From: a virus
Direction: 5' to 3' (one strand)
IMG/VR virus record: IMGVR_UViG_3300009161_000033
Coordinates: 28,037 to 92,036 of that record
DNA length: 64,000 bases
The translations under genes and the position numbers were made by a program. This document shows, piece by piece, positions 20,312-31,956 of this stretch. Position 1 is the first letter of the stretch, and every line of letters begins with the position of its first letter. Under the pieces are notes generated by a model. The model saw only the letters and a program-made list of their open reading frames with translations. It had not been told where the DNA came from and ran no database searches.

Positions 20312-22150
20312 ATGGCAAATAAAAAAATATCGTATACTACGAGGGACTTTCAGTCAATAAGAACTGAATTAATTAATTTTACCCGAACATATTATCCTGA
20401 ACTAATTGATAATTTTAACGACGCGTCAGTATTTTCTGCGTTATTAGATTTAAATGCCGCGGTAAGTGATAACCTACAATTTAACATTGATAGAAGTATA
20501 CAGGAAACTGTATTACAGTATGCCCAACAAAGGTCTTCTATTTTCAACATTGCAAGAACCTATGGATTAAAAGTACCAGGTCAAAGACCTTCAGTTGCGT
20601 TAGTTGATTTTGCGATAACTGTTCCTGCGTTTGGAGATAAAGAAGATTTAAGATATTGTGGTATCCTTAGAAGAGGTTCACAAGTTAACGGTGCAGGACA
20701 AGTATTTGAAACGGTTTATGATATTGATTTTGCATCTGCCATTAATGCTGAAGGATACCCAAACAGATTAAAAATACCAAACTTTGATTCCAATAATAAA
20801 TTACTCAATTATACTATTGTTAAAAGAGAAACGGTTGTTAACGGGATTACCAAAGTTTTCAAGAGAGTAGTAACTGCAAATGATGTTAAACCATTCTTTG
20901 AAATGTTTTTACCTGAAAAAAATGTTTTAGGTGTGACAAGTGTATTATTAAAAGACGGTACTCAATACGCTAATATGCCCTCATCACAAGAATTCTTAGG
21001 TCTTGACAATAGATGGTACGAAGTTAAAGCTTTAGCTGAGGATAGAGTTTTCATTGAGGACCCTACTAAAGTATCTGACCAACCTGGAATTAAGGTAGGT
21101 AAGTATGTTGTTACAAGTGACAAATTTATTACCGAATACACACCTGAAGGTTTTATGAAATTAACTTTTGGTGGTGGTAGTCAGTCCGCTGATGAACAAT
21201 TACGAGAATTTGCTAGAAATGGTTATAAATTAGATTTGTATAAATACTCAAACAACTTGGCATTGGGTAGTACATTAAAAGCGAACACGACCATGTTTAT
21301 TCAATATAGAATTGGTGGAGGTACAGGAAGTAATTTAGGTGTTAGTGTTATTACACAAATTGGTACAGTTTCTTTCTTTGTTAACGGTCCTTCAGATTCA
21401 GTCAATACAAGTGTGGTTAATTCATTAAGTTGTAACAATGTAACCGCGGCAATTGGGGGAGCGGCATCACCAACAACTGAAGAGGTTAGAAACTTGGTGG
21501 CGTTTAACTTCTCAGCACAGAACAGAGCGGTTACTGTAAATGACTATGATTCGTTAATTAGAACAATGCCATCACAATTTGGGGCACCTGCAAAGGTTGC
21601 AATAACTGAGGAGAATAACAAGATTAAAATTAAAATGTTATCTTTTGACGACTCAGGTAAATTAACCGAAATAGTATCAGACACATTAAAGAATAATGTT
21701 GCAAACTACCTATCCAACTATAGAATGATTAATGATTACATCTCAGTTGAAACCGCAAGTGTTATTGATTTGGCGATGAATATTGATGTTGTTTTAGATA
21801 ATAGCCAAACTCAAGGAGCGATAATTTCTCAGATTGTAAACATTGTTACAAATTACTTTGACCCAGCAAATAGACAAATGGGTGAGAATGTTTATGTTTC
21901 AGAAATTAGAAGGTTAATTCAAGCAGAAAATGGAGTTATCTCGGTATCAGGAATCCAAGTATTCAACAAGGTTGGAGGACAGTACTCATCATCTCAAACG
22001 TCACAAGCTTATTTAGACAGTACAACAAGAGAAATCCAATTAATTGATGAGACAATCTATGCTGAACCTAGTCAAACTTATCAAGTTAGGTTCCCAAACA
22101 AGGATATTAACGTAAGAGTTAAGAATCTATCTACAGTTAATTTCTCCTGA
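20312..22150 (+). CDS. Baseplate wedge subunit (T4 gp6/baseplate J-like)
   Basis: RDFQSIRTELINF, AQQRSSIFNIA..G, GGAASPTTEEVR, AQNRAVTVNDY; follows gp25. Confidence 0.88.
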   Translation: MANKKISYTTRDFQSIRTELINFTRTYYPELIDNFNDASVFSALLDLNAAVSDNLQFNIDRSIQETVLQYAQQRSSIFNIARTYGLKVPGQRPSVALVDFAITVPAFGDKEDLRYCGILRRGSQVNGAGQVFETVYDIDFASAINAEGYPNRLKIPNFDSNNKLLNYTIVKRETVVNGITKVFKRVVTANDVKPFFEMFLPEKNVLGVTSVLLKDGTQYANMPSSQEFLGLDNRWYEVKALAEDRVFIEDPTKVSDQPGIKVGKYVVTSDKFITEYTPEGFMKLTFGGGSQSADEQLREFARNGYKLDLYKYSNNLALGSTLKANTTMFIQYRIGGGTGSNLGVSVITQIGTVSFFVNGPSDSVNTSVVNSLSCNNVTAAIGGAASPTTEEVRNLVAFNFSAQNRAVTVNDYDSLIRTMPSQFGAPAKVAITEENNKIKIKMLSFDDSGKLTEIVSDTLKNNVANYLSNYRMINDYISVETASVIDLAMNIDVVLDNSQTQGAIISQIVNIVTNYFDPANRQMGENVYVSEIRRLIQAENGVISVSGIQVFNKVGGQYSSSQTSQAYLDSTTREIQLIDETIYAEPSQTYQVRFPNKDINVRVKNLSTVNFS

Positions 22151-22222
22151 TAATTTATTTTAATAATTTATGGTTTATCTTTTTGAAAATGGTATATAAA
22201 CTATTTATCAAAAAAGATTTAA

Positions 22223-25200
22223 ATGTCAAATTCATATAGAATAAGAACTCAAGTAGGTGTAGATAAATCAATTAAAGTATTAATTGACCAAGAATTTGAA
22301 TATCTTGAAATTTTATCACTTAAAGTACTACAGAGTCAAATTTACACAAGACAATGTTCAGACTATGGTGTTGTTATAGGTAGAGTCACCGCAAACGATG
22401 GTTTCGGTATTCCTAATGCCAAAGTTTCAGTTTTCATCCCATTAACTGATGAAGACTCAAACAACCCAATAATTTCTGACTTATATCCATACAAAACTTT
22501 ATCAGAATTAAATGAAGATGGGTATAGATATAATTTATTACCTTATATTCAATCATATAGTGAACATACCCCAACAGGAACTTTCTTCACTAAGAATGAT
22601 GTTTTAGTTGACCCTACATTAATTGAGGTTTACGACAAATATTTTAAGTATACTGCAAAAACTAATGATAGTGGTGACTACATGATATTTGGTGTTCCTG
22701 CAGGACCCCAAACAATTCATATTGATGTTGATTTATCAGACATTGGTGAATTTTCATTATCACCTCAAGATTTGGTTAGAATGGGGGTTGCCTCACCTAA
22801 TCAAGTTGCTGGAACCAAGTTTAAATCGTCAACTAATTTAAATGAACTACCTCAGATTATATCAATAAATAGAGTTATTGAAGTTGAGCCATTATGGGGA
22901 CAACCCGAAGTTTGTAATTTAGGTATTACAAGAACAGACTTTGATTTAACGGGTGAAGTGAACATTACAATTACTCCGACATCTATTTTTATGGGGTCTA
23001 TCTTTTCATCTAATGACGACCAATTCCAAAAAAGAAACTGTAAACCAAAATTAAAACAAGGTAAGTTATGTAATTTAGTTACAGGTCCTGGTGAAATATT
23101 GGCAATTAGACAAACAATACAACAAGATTCTGCGGGACAACCTATATTAGAAACTGTAGATTTAGAAAGTGGTGGACAAGTTATAGATGAAAATGGAACA
23201 TGGTTAATTGACGTCCCAATGAATTTAGATTACGTCATTACTAATGAATTTGGTGAAAGAGTTCTTTCTAATGACCCTAATAAAGGAATTCCAACAAAGG
23301 GAAAATATCGTTTTAAGGTTAAGTGGAATCAATCACCTTCACTAAGTGAATCAGTTAAACGAGGGTATTTCTTAGTACCTAATGTTAGAGAATACGGGTG
23401 GTCATCAAGTAATGTTGACCCACTTAGACAATCCCCATCAAGTATAGTTTACCAAGAAGCAATCAAATCGTATTCATTCAGTTTAGATTGGAATGATTAT
23501 GCCGATGTGCAATCAGCAATTAATTGTGAGGATACTTTTTATGAAATGAAGTATAATAAAGTTTATACGGTGTCTCAAATGATTGACCAGTATAGACGAG
23601 GATATTTACCAAACCGTATGATTACGGTAAAAGACATTTTGGATGAATCGTGTGAGAGTGAAAATGTAAAATTCCCAACAAATGATTCAATCCTTAGATT
23701 TGATATTATTTATCTGTTGTTTGTTATGATGATGTTCATTTTCAAACCTACACTATACCTTTTATTAATTACCGTCCACATATTGGCGTTTTTCTTAATG
23801 TTAATTGGACCAATATTAGCGGTGATTGTTGGAGTTGTAATGGAGATTGTTTTTGTAATATGTAATTTTATTAACGGAATTATTTGGGCTATAAATTTAA
23901 TCCCTGGAGTAGATATTGATGGGTTAGATTGTCCATCACAACAAGACATTAAAGACGCGGTTAATAGTTGTTTAACATTATATAAAAAATTTACTCATTT
24001 AAATTTACCTAATTTATCTTACCCTGATTGTGAATTATGTTCATGTAAAGAAGGTGAATTGGTTGAAGATACAACATCAAGTGACCCGAGTACTTCAGGT
24101 CTTTATACAGGATTAACGGATTCAGGAATTAATAGTGTATTATCCCGATATCAAGTATTAAACAATTATAATATTATTGGGGCGAGTTATCCAGGAAACT
24201 TCCAAGGGATTATTGCAGGAGGTAATATTAATACCTCATCACCAACCGCAACAAGTAGAGCACCTCAAATGACTACATATGGAGATGATGGTGGAGGTAA
24301 TAGACATTTATTTACATCAAGTTTAACATTAGCAGAAAGAATAAACCTATTCAATAATAAAGCAAAGTACTTTGATGATTTAGGAGGGACTAATCCTGGT
24401 GGGGGACAAAATAGAATTAAAGTTACATTTGACACCGATTTAAATGTACCTGCAACAACCTACCATTACGATAATATTGTAATGATTTCATGTCAACCGA
24501 GTCAATTAGGTAATTTTCAATTAGGTCAAATAGTTTCATTTCAAGATGTAACATTAAGCGGTGATAAAAATTTAACAGGATATACTTTAACTAATCAGTT
24601 TGGGACCAATGGTATAACAGGAACCTCAATCAATGATTCAGGTAATATTACCGTTAGTTACGCTAATCCTGCAACACCAACAGGATTACCTGTTCAAACA
24701 ACGGTATATAATATTACCCAAAACCCTGACGATGCAAGTTATGCAAAATTTGCAATGGACGTTGAATACTTCCAAGTAATTACCGCGATGACTTATAATA
24801 CTTTTTCAGGATTAACAAATGCTACGGGGAGTGATTTGAGTTTAAATAAACGTTATTTGAATAATAACATGACATTCGCGTATGTTAGTTCAGATAACTG
24901 TGTTGCTCAGTTATCACCTATGGTTATCCCTATGAACCCATTACAGTTATATACCGATGGGGCATCACAAGTTTTAGTGTTCTTAGTTAGAGGTGTTGAC
25001 CCATACTCAACAAGAAAAAATAATTCATATGATTTTAGTAGAATTTTTGGTTATTCATCATGGAATCAACCAGGGTTAACTGTTACAGGTAGTTTTAAAT
25101 TAAATCACCCTATAAAAGGAGGTTTAGGTTCGGTAAAACATAATATGACGAGTAATGTCACGTCAATTGACTTGACAACTTCAGAATATCTTTATTATGA

Positions 25201-27277
25201 ATCTTTTCACTTTCAACCTGAAACAAACCCATCAAACGCGGGATTCTCAGCATTTACATCTAACTTACCGTCTTATTATTCATCATTAGATTCTACAACA
25301 TTTGGATTTACACCTACGGGTGGAGTTGGGATGTCAATCGCTTGTGACAATGGAATTTATAACGTTGCATCAGTTAAAACACAATCATCAAATCCTTTAT
25401 CAAGTGTTTCTCAAAACGGATTCACTATTGAATGGGATGGTTCATCTTCTTTACTTGGATGTGGTCCTAATGATTTATACTTTACATGGTCAACTAATTC
25501 ATATCCTACTGATAATAGAGGATATTTTGAAAGAGAGATTGTTGAAGGTGGTTCGGTAATGTTACAAAGAGTACAATTAACACCTGAAGGAACAATATAT
25601 AATAAATCATTTTATTATGCACCAAGATACTCAAATTCTACGGTATATAATTATAATGGTTTAGGAACTAATAACCGTCAGATTATTATGAGGTCAGATA
25701 GGTTACCGTTATCAACAAGTGTACAAGAGACGGCAAATAACAGTTTCGCATTACAAAATAACTCAACGTTTGCAGCATATTTAATTAGTGATGACGGAAC
25801 ATCTTTAAATGTTGGTGGTACGGCTTCTAACTCACCATCAGTTGCTGAAGGAGGTGAAACGCAGGAAGAAGGATTACCATCATTTACTCCAAATGTATTA
25901 GCGAGTTTTAGTTGTGGACAAATGGTTCCATTAAATTGTTATTATGATAATTCAGGAGAAATTGCAATTGAGAATGTTGGAAATAACTGTTATGAGAATG
26001 GAGTTACGGGTAGTAAAATTATGGAAAATGGTTGTTATGTTACGGTAACTGCAATATTTCTTTCATTACCAAAAGATATTCAGTTGTTAACTGAATGGAC
26101 ATCAAGACTACAAATTACCTTTGGTGCTTGTAGAGACGTATGGTCACATATTTTCACAAATAATTGGATTAACGGAACGTTATACGCATTTTCATTTAAA
26201 AATGATAGATTCTTTAATAGTCAAAATGTTCCGTCAAGTTATTACTGTAAAGACACTATTATATTACATCCAACAACTAATAATTTTTACTACAGAAGTA
26301 GTCCTTGGAACGGTTCAGGGTTTATTGGTGCAAACGCTCCAAACGGGATTTTTGGACCTGATGGGGGTAACGACAAAAACCTTAAATTCCCAACGACTAT
26401 AATGGACTTAGGACCAAGAAGTCAGTACCTACAAGAGATTGTCATGTCAGATGATTATGATGGGTATGTTGTTAATAAATTAAATTCAACAACTTTTACA
26501 GATGTGTCAGAAATTTTAAATTTATTAATTATTAGTAGATTAACAAATACAAGTTTCTTGGGTCAATTAATTGGTGTTGGTGGTGGTAATATATTATCAT
26601 ATTTTAATCAAAGAGGTAAACGATTTGTTGACGCGGATTACGCTCAAATGTTATCCATTAGTTCTGAATTAGGTGTTGCGGACTTTGAGCCTGATAATTA
26701 CCCACCAATAGTTGGAGCTCAAGACCCAGTCTATTTTAACGGTGCTGGTAGTTCAGATGGTATTATTGGTATATTCTTTTCTTCGGATACTCAAGTTAGA
26801 GATTACATAACACCTAAAAGGACCATAATTGACAATACTGCAACGGTCACTAACCCATGCGGATTTAATTACTTTAGTGTATTCACACAAGAAGTTCCTT
26901 TTTACCAATGGGAGGTTAAAACAGGAAACCCTGACAGTATTTTTGGTTCCCAAAGTAATGATTGGTATACAACACCAATAAGTGGAGGTAATTTCTTTAC
27001 TCACAAATATCAAACAATGGACAGGATAGATATTAATTCAAGATATTTTAGAACTAATGGAAGTACTGAGACTAAAGACTTTAAAGGTTATATTTATTCA
27101 GTTGATGGTTCAGGTAATTATGACCCTAATACGGCGTCTCAAAATCCTAATAATCCATTACCAAGAACAATAACCGTGGGAGCACCATTCCATTTTTATT
27201 TTGGTTTAAAGAAAGGTAAAACTGCGTTTGATAGATTTGCTGCTAAATGGATATCATTTGAAACAATAACAGATTAA
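22223..27277 (+). CDS. Large virion/baseplate-associated protein with prealbumin/carboxypeptidase-regulatory-like N-domain and an internal hydrophobic segment
   Basis: GVVIGRV..GIPNAKVSVF, TNDSGDYMIFGVP; ~65-aa hydrophobic run; TATTTAT at 22202; lies in the baseplate operon. Confidence 0.6.
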   Translation: MSNSYRIRTQVGVDKSIKVLIDQEFEYLEILSLKVLQSQIYTRQCSDYGVVIGRVTANDGFGIPNAKVSVFIPLTDEDSNNPIISDLYPYKTLSELNEDGYRYNLLPYIQSYSEHTPTGTFFTKNDVLVDPTLIEVYDKYFKYTAKTNDSGDYMIFGVPAGPQTIHIDVDLSDIGEFSLSPQDLVRMGVASPNQVAGTKFKSSTNLNELPQIISINRVIEVEPLWGQPEVCNLGITRTDFDLTGEVNITITPTSIFMGSIFSSNDDQFQKRNCKPKLKQGKLCNLVTGPGEILAIRQTIQQDSAGQPILETVDLESGGQVIDENGTWLIDVPMNLDYVITNEFGERVLSNDPNKGIPTKGKYRFKVKWNQSPSLSESVKRGYFLVPNVREYGWSSSNVDPLRQSPSSIVYQEAIKSYSFSLDWNDYADVQSAINCEDTFYEMKYNKVYTVSQMIDQYRRGYLPNRMITVKDILDESCESENVKFPTNDSILRFDIIYLLFVMMMFIFKPTLYLLLITVHILAFFLMLIGPILAVIVGVVMEIVFVICNFINGIIWAINLIPGVDIDGLDCPSQQDIKDAVNSCLTLYKKFTHLNLPNLSYPDCELCSCKEGELVEDTTSSDPSTSGLYTGLTDSGINSVLSRYQVLNNYNIIGASYPGNFQGIIAGGNINTSSPTATSRAPQMTTYGDDGGGNRHLFTSSLTLAERINLFNNKAKYFDDLGGTNPGGGQNRIKVTFDTDLNVPATTYHYDNIVMISCQPSQLGNFQLGQIVSFQDVTLSGDKNLTGYTLTNQFGTNGITGTSINDSGNITVSYANPATPTGLPVQTTVYNITQNPDDASYAKFAMDVEYFQVITAMTYNTFSGLTNATGSDLSLNKRYLNNNMTFAYVSSDNCVAQLSPMVIPMNPLQLYTDGASQVLVFLVRGVDPYSTRKNNSYDFSRIFGYSSWNQPGLTVTGSFKLNHPIKGGLGSVKHNMTSNVTSIDLTTSEYLYYESFHFQPETNPSNAGFSAFTSNLPSYYSSLDSTTFGFTPTGGVGMSIACDNGIYNVASVKTQSSNPLSSVSQNGFTIEWDGSSSLLGCGPNDLYFTWSTNSYPTDNRGYFEREIVEGGSVMLQRVQLTPEGTIYNKSFYYAPRYSNSTVYNYNGLGTNNRQIIMRSDRLPLSTSVQETANNSFALQNNSTFAAYLISDDGTSLNVGGTASNSPSVAEGGETQEEGLPSFTPNVLASFSCGQMVPLNCYYDNSGEIAIENVGNNCYENGVTGSKIMENGCYVTVTAIFLSLPKDIQLLTEWTSRLQITFGACRDVWSHIFTNNWINGTLYAFSFKNDRFFNSQNVPSSYYCKDTIILHPTTNNFYYRSSPWNGSGFIGANAPNGIFGPDGGNDKNLKFPTTIMDLGPRSQYLQEIVMSDDYDGYVVNKLNSTTFTDVSEILNLLIISRLTNTSFLGQLIGVGGGNILSYFNQRGKRFVDADYAQMLSISSELGVADFEPDNYPPIVGAQDPVYFNGAGSSDGIIGIFFSSDTQVRDYITPKRTIIDNTATVTNPCGFNYFSVFTQEVPFYQWEVKTGNPDSIFGSQSNDWYTTPISGGNFFTHKYQTMDRIDINSRYFRTNGSTETKDFKGYIYSVDGSGNYDPNTASQNPNNPLPRTITVGAPFHFYFGLKKGKTAFDRFAAKWISFETITD

Positions 27278-27278
27278 T

Positions 27279-29069
27279 ATGGGGAATAGACAAGATACAA
27301 GAGTTATATTAGGTTCGTTAAGGTATAAATCGGCCCCTGACACAACATTGTTGTTTGAGGTTCCATTAATACAAACAACAAAAGAAAATGTTGAGTTTGA
27401 TAGAAGTATTGATGTTGACTTAGAACAAGTTTTTAACGATGAAAGACAAAACTCAGACATTATTAGACCAACTTGTAAGTTCTCCTTACTTTTTGAAAAT
27501 GCTTATTCAGGGTTCACTAATTATCCACCATTTGAAAATAATTTATATTATTTAAATGCTGAGACCGCAGCAATTGCATCATGTGGGTTACCTAATCCGT
27601 TGTCAGTTTCTTGGACAGGATTACCACAATATAATGAATTTGATTTTATTAGAACAGATTATAATGTACCTGGTTATACCCAACCACCGAATCAACATTT
27701 AAATTTTATACCTAAAAGTGCATCAAGTTATAATTGGAATTTTTATATGAGTTATGCGTATGAAAACGATTATACAAAACCTATGACCGCAACGGATAAA
27801 AAAACAAACACTGTTTTAAATTGGATAGTTGGTGACGGGATACCGTTTATTATTGAAAACACGGTATATAAAGGAATAAATACCGTTTCATTTAGATGTC
27901 CTGTTAAACATGGGATGTCAGTCGGGGATTCGGTTAAACTAAGTATTAATTATAATGGGGAAGACATTTTTCAAATAGATTCATTAGGTAATAGTACTTT
28001 TGATAGTGACCTTTATGTTTTTAATCTTATCAATGTTGGGTATTTAGGAACCACATTTAATAACGGAACTACGGGAACTGCTAAACGAATAATTATTAGG
28101 GATAGTGTTGATGACACTATTTCTACATACTATGTTAGACGAAACAAGATATTAACTAATTCTGATAATGCGGTTTTAGTCAAAGCGGGGTTTGAACAAA
28201 ACATCTTTGGAGAAAAGAAAAAATACGAAAGTAGTGGATATACCCCAACTCAAACCGCAAGAGTTTCAATTAAAGAAGGTTCACAATCATATACTTTATC
28301 TTTTAATAAAGACATTTTAGTTAATCCTATTAGAGATAATCAAAAAAGACCAATCACTGAATTATATTTTACGGTTGTTTATAAAGGTTATTTTGGGTGG
28401 ATGTTTGGAATTCCTAATAGTACAGGTGGATATTATGGTTTAAAACAAGGTTACGATTTTAATTTACCATTAAATTCATTAGGTCAACCTAGTAGTTGGT
28501 GGAGTAATTCAAATTCAAACTCGGATGCTAATTTATCTGTCGGTACTTATAGTACTTCGGAAAGTGTTGGATATGGACCAGGTGGAGGACCAATTACCTT
28601 TACTTATATTAAATCACTAAATGAAGGTGAAATAATTGATGGGGATTATTGTGAATGGAACGACTACGAACAAAGTGAAAGAGTTATCTCAAATCTATTT
28701 CATAAATTAAGGTACAATCCCTTTTCATTTAGAATTGGTACAACACCATCAAATCAACTTGGATATTATTATCAACCTCACCACGTCTTAACTACAAAAG
28801 TATTTTCGGATTATATTGAAAATGGAAACCCTGTTAATGTGGTCGGAATACCCGATTACGCTCATTTCTCAACAACACAGAATTTATTTATATGGAGAGA
28901 TTTATATCCATATGGTTTTATTGATAGTACAGGAATAGGTGTTAATTATCCATTTTTAAATGGTACTCATTACCCGTTTAAAAACATTATTTTCAGAATA
29001 ATCCCTGAAGGAACTAATTATAAAGAACAAACCATAATCGCAGAACCAATATCAGATAATTGTGAGTAA
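27279..29069 (+). CDS. Putative baseplate/tail structural protein
   Basis: Translationally coupled in the tail operon; aromatic/Asn/Thr-rich beta composition. Confidence 0.55.
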   Translation: MGNRQDTRVILGSLRYKSAPDTTLLFEVPLIQTTKENVEFDRSIDVDLEQVFNDERQNSDIIRPTCKFSLLFENAYSGFTNYPPFENNLYYLNAETAAIASCGLPNPLSVSWTGLPQYNEFDFIRTDYNVPGYTQPPNQHLNFIPKSASSYNWNFYMSYAYENDYTKPMTATDKKTNTVLNWIVGDGIPFIIENTVYKGINTVSFRCPVKHGMSVGDSVKLSINYNGEDIFQIDSLGNSTFDSDLYVFNLINVGYLGTTFNNGTTGTAKRIIIRDSVDDTISTYYVRRNKILTNSDNAVLVKAGFEQNIFGEKKKYESSGYTPTQTARVSIKEGSQSYTLSFNKDILVNPIRDNQKRPITELYFTVVYKGYFGWMFGIPNSTGGYYGLKQGYDFNLPLNSLGQPSSWWSNSNSNSDANLSVGTYSTSESVGYGPGGGPITFTYIKSLNEGEIIDGDYCEWNDYEQSERVISNLFHKLRYNPFSFRIGTTPSNQLGYYYQPHHVLTTKVFSDYIENGNPVNVVGIPDYAHFSTTQNLFIWRDLYPYGFIDSTGIGVNYPFLNGTHYPFKNIIFRIIPEGTNYKEQTIIAEPISDNCE

Positions 29070-29859
29070 TAAATTTTTATTTACCATTCCAAAAGGAAAC
29101 AAAACAATTGATTTACCAATAGAAATTAAATGGGATTTTTATGGTAGAGATGATAGTATTGAACTGTATGAGGAAGAAGTTTTAGTTGATATTATTGGAG
29201 TCCCTAAAGATTTTGAAATTTTAAGATTTAGTCATAATTCTTATATTCCTTATGAAGAAACCGCAATAAAATATGATTTTTATTTTTATAGTGGGGTGTC
29301 AAGTAATGTTAGTGCGTCAACATCAACTGATTGGGTTAATAGTTATTTAGCTGAAGGATTTCAAGCTGATGAAGTGTATTACTACACCAAACCATTTACT
29401 AAGTCATTTTTTAAACTTGATTTTTACGATACTAAAGAAGCCCAAAGTCAAACAAATTATTTTACAATTATAATACCTGTACAACAAGGTGCGACTGAAA
29501 ATGTAAGTATTTCACCACTAACCCCTAATGTTAATATTAGAATACCATCATATAAATTAGATTTTGTTGGAGATAAGGAAGGGTTTTTTATTTATTGGTT
29601 AAAAAATGAATTATTCCTTAACATTGATACTTTTTATATGACCGCAAAATTCTTTGACGGTAGATTAGGTGTCTTTGTTAAGATGATGAACGAACCACAA
29701 TCATCGTTACCTGATAAATTCAACTTTGACGCTAGCCGTTATTTTTATAACAAAGTGGTTTTAGATTACACAACAAAAACTTATGAAGTGTTTAATTATT
29801 TAGATAACCGAATAGGTACGGGAACACCGATAAAATGGTATGAATATGTTAACCCATAA
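29062..29859 (+). CDS. Putative baseplate/tail structural protein
   Basis: Overlapping GTG start; SFFKLDFYD motif; tail operon context. Confidence 0.55.
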   Translation: MSNKFLFTIPKGNKTIDLPIEIKWDFYGRDDSIELYEEEVLVDIIGVPKDFEILRFSHNSYIPYEETAIKYDFYFYSGVSSNVSASTSTDWVNSYLAEGFQADEVYYYTKPFTKSFFKLDFYDTKEAQSQTNYFTIIIPVQQGATENVSISPLTPNVNIRIPSYKLDFVGDKEGFFIYWLKNELFLNIDTFYMTAKFFDGRLGVFVKMMNEPQSSLPDKFNFDASRYFYNKVVLDYTTKTYEVFNYLDNRIGTGTPIKWYEYVNP

Positions 29860-31046
29860 TGGACGATAGATATTACAGTATACGAATTTCACCTGAAGTT
29901 ATTCGTGGGGATTTATTCACGACACCGTATAATGCGGGGTATTCTCAATTTAATTTAAGTGGAGACCCATGTTGTGATACAACCACAACAACAACGACAA
30001 GTCAATACACTGGATTTACCTATGTTTATTCATCAATGACTCAAGTCTTGACAGGTGGTACAGATGGGACATCTTTATTAACAGGTTTAACTCTACCAAT
30101 TTTTCTTACTGAGAATACGGTTGATATTGGATATTATTCGGTATTTGACGGAATGGTTACTCAAAAAGATACCATGACAAACTTTTTGTTTTCTGCAACA
30201 ACATACGACCCGTTTACATATTATTTTTATAATACATCAGATACAGAATTTAAAAAATATCTTGCCTTTGCCACCTATCAGATTGATTGGGGGGATAGTT
30301 CACCAAGTGAAATAGTTAGTACTACTTCTCCGAGTTATTACAGTCATACTTACGCGTCTGCGGGTGTTTATACGATAACAATGTCGGGGATGAGTCCTTG
30401 GGGTTATAATGTAATTAAAAAAGATGTCACAGTTCCGTTCACAAATGTTGTTGCAACCAACCCTAATGGGACTGCCTATTTTTACCCATCAGGAGGTAAT
30501 TGGACAGGAACACCATTAATGTATGATTACATATTCACAGGAGATTCTAATTGTGATATATATGACCAATCAAGTTACAATTATACAACAGTACCATTCT
30601 TAGTTACAGGGTATACAAATTCAACCATGAGTGATTTAGTTCAATATGGAAGTAAGTACGACCCAACAAGATTTTCAGGTAAGTACAAACTTGGAGTACA
30701 GGTAACAGGAACGTCAGGGAGTATTGGAACATTTTGGGGTCCATCTGTGGATAACTTATATACTGCCTATACAATTAATGACATTAACTACTATGATTAT
30801 AATGACGGAACAACAATTTTTACGGTTTATTCATCAGGGATGACACCTGACATGATGGTTTGTTCGGCAATAACAAAAAATGAGGTATTATTAAACGTAA
30901 TTGATGAAGCAGAAATACAATCCAATGTATTTATAGAACGAGGGAAGAACTCTGTTTTAGAAAGGTTGGAGAGATTAGGTGAAGTTGATAATGTTGGAGA
31001 CCTTGAAAAATACGGATACAAATTCTTTAATGTAATTAATATATAA
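29859..31046 (+). CDS. Virion protein with PKD-like domain and poly-Thr tract
   Basis: YQIDWGDSS...SHTYASAGVYTITM (PKD pattern); CCDTTTTTTTS. Confidence 0.6.
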   Translation: MDDRYYSIRISPEVIRGDLFTTPYNAGYSQFNLSGDPCCDTTTTTTTSQYTGFTYVYSSMTQVLTGGTDGTSLLTGLTLPIFLTENTVDIGYYSVFDGMVTQKDTMTNFLFSATTYDPFTYYFYNTSDTEFKKYLAFATYQIDWGDSSPSEIVSTTSPSYYSHTYASAGVYTITMSGMSPWGYNVIKKDVTVPFTNVVATNPNGTAYFYPSGGNWTGTPLMYDYIFTGDSNCDIYDQSSYNYTTVPFLVTGYTNSTMSDLVQYGSKYDPTRFSGKYKLGVQVTGTSGSIGTFWGPSVDNLYTAYTINDINYYDYNDGTTIFTVYSSGMTPDMMVCSAITKNEVLLNVIDEAEIQSNVFIERGKNSVLERLERLGEVDNVGDLEKYGYKFFNVINI

Positions 31047-31047
31047 T

Positions 31048-31956
31048 ATGGCAACAGGAACATACGGAACAATAAGACCAGCTGATGTATCACCCGAAGA
31101 TGTGGACATCATCTTAAACTACACCCCATCAAGAGATGAGACTGATAATTTTGTGTTAACTAAATTAGACGCTCCGTCTATTTTAAAACCATATTTTAAT
31201 AATGCTGATACGGGAGGTAATGCAGGTATTGAAATTTTAGGTGGGTTATACAACTTAAAATTACCTGCGGACCAATTTAATAAGATTGGTATCTACACAT
31301 TATTGATTAGACCTGCTCAAATTAGAACTACGATTTTAGATTGTGGGGTTTTATCGGCATTACCTAATGTTAGAGGGGTTGTAATTGACTTAAACTCAGT
31401 CCCAACACAATATAGAAATAAATTTATTAACCAAGGTTTAGTTGGATTTAGAATTGAATACTTAAATTCTGACGGGACTAAAATCCCTAACTTTTTTAGA
31501 TTGATTACCTCATCTTTCTTTTGTGAACCTGTTGTTCAAAATTTAACTAACACATCACAGAAAGCTATTAGATATAGATATACTGATAATAATACTAATT
31601 TAATATTTTGTACCTTATCACCATCTTCGGCACCAACAAATAAACCGAATTCTATTCCGTATATTGGTCAACCCGACCAAAGTATTATTATTACAAATAC
31701 ATTCTTCAATCCAATAACATTAGATGTTGAGATTGCAGAACATGACTTCTCAACGTTAGCAATTGCATTATTTGGTAATCAAACTAAATCAATTGATGAT
31801 GGTATCTACACATTATACGATAGTCAAAATAACATCTACAAACAATACAACTTGTATGAAATTAGAGACCAATTTAATGAGTTGTTGTATGAGGTTAGAC
31901 AAGATAGAGGGGATAATATTGATTTTAGTAAAAACTTTACAAACATTACACAATAA
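31048..31956 (+). CDS. Conserved structural protein (tail/baseplate)
   Basis: Coupled ORF in the tail operon; no family recognised. Confidence 0.55.
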   Translation: MATGTYGTIRPADVSPEDVDIILNYTPSRDETDNFVLTKLDAPSILKPYFNNADTGGNAGIEILGGLYNLKLPADQFNKIGIYTLLIRPAQIRTTILDCGVLSALPNVRGVVIDLNSVPTQYRNKFINQGLVGFRIEYLNSDGTKIPNFFRLITSSFFCEPVVQNLTNTSQKAIRYRYTDNNTNLIFCTLSPSSAPTNKPNSIPYIGQPDQSIIITNTFFNPITLDVEIAEHDFSTLAIALFGNQTKSIDDGIYTLYDSQNNIYKQYNLYEIRDQFNELLYEVRQDRGDNIDFSKNFTNITQ

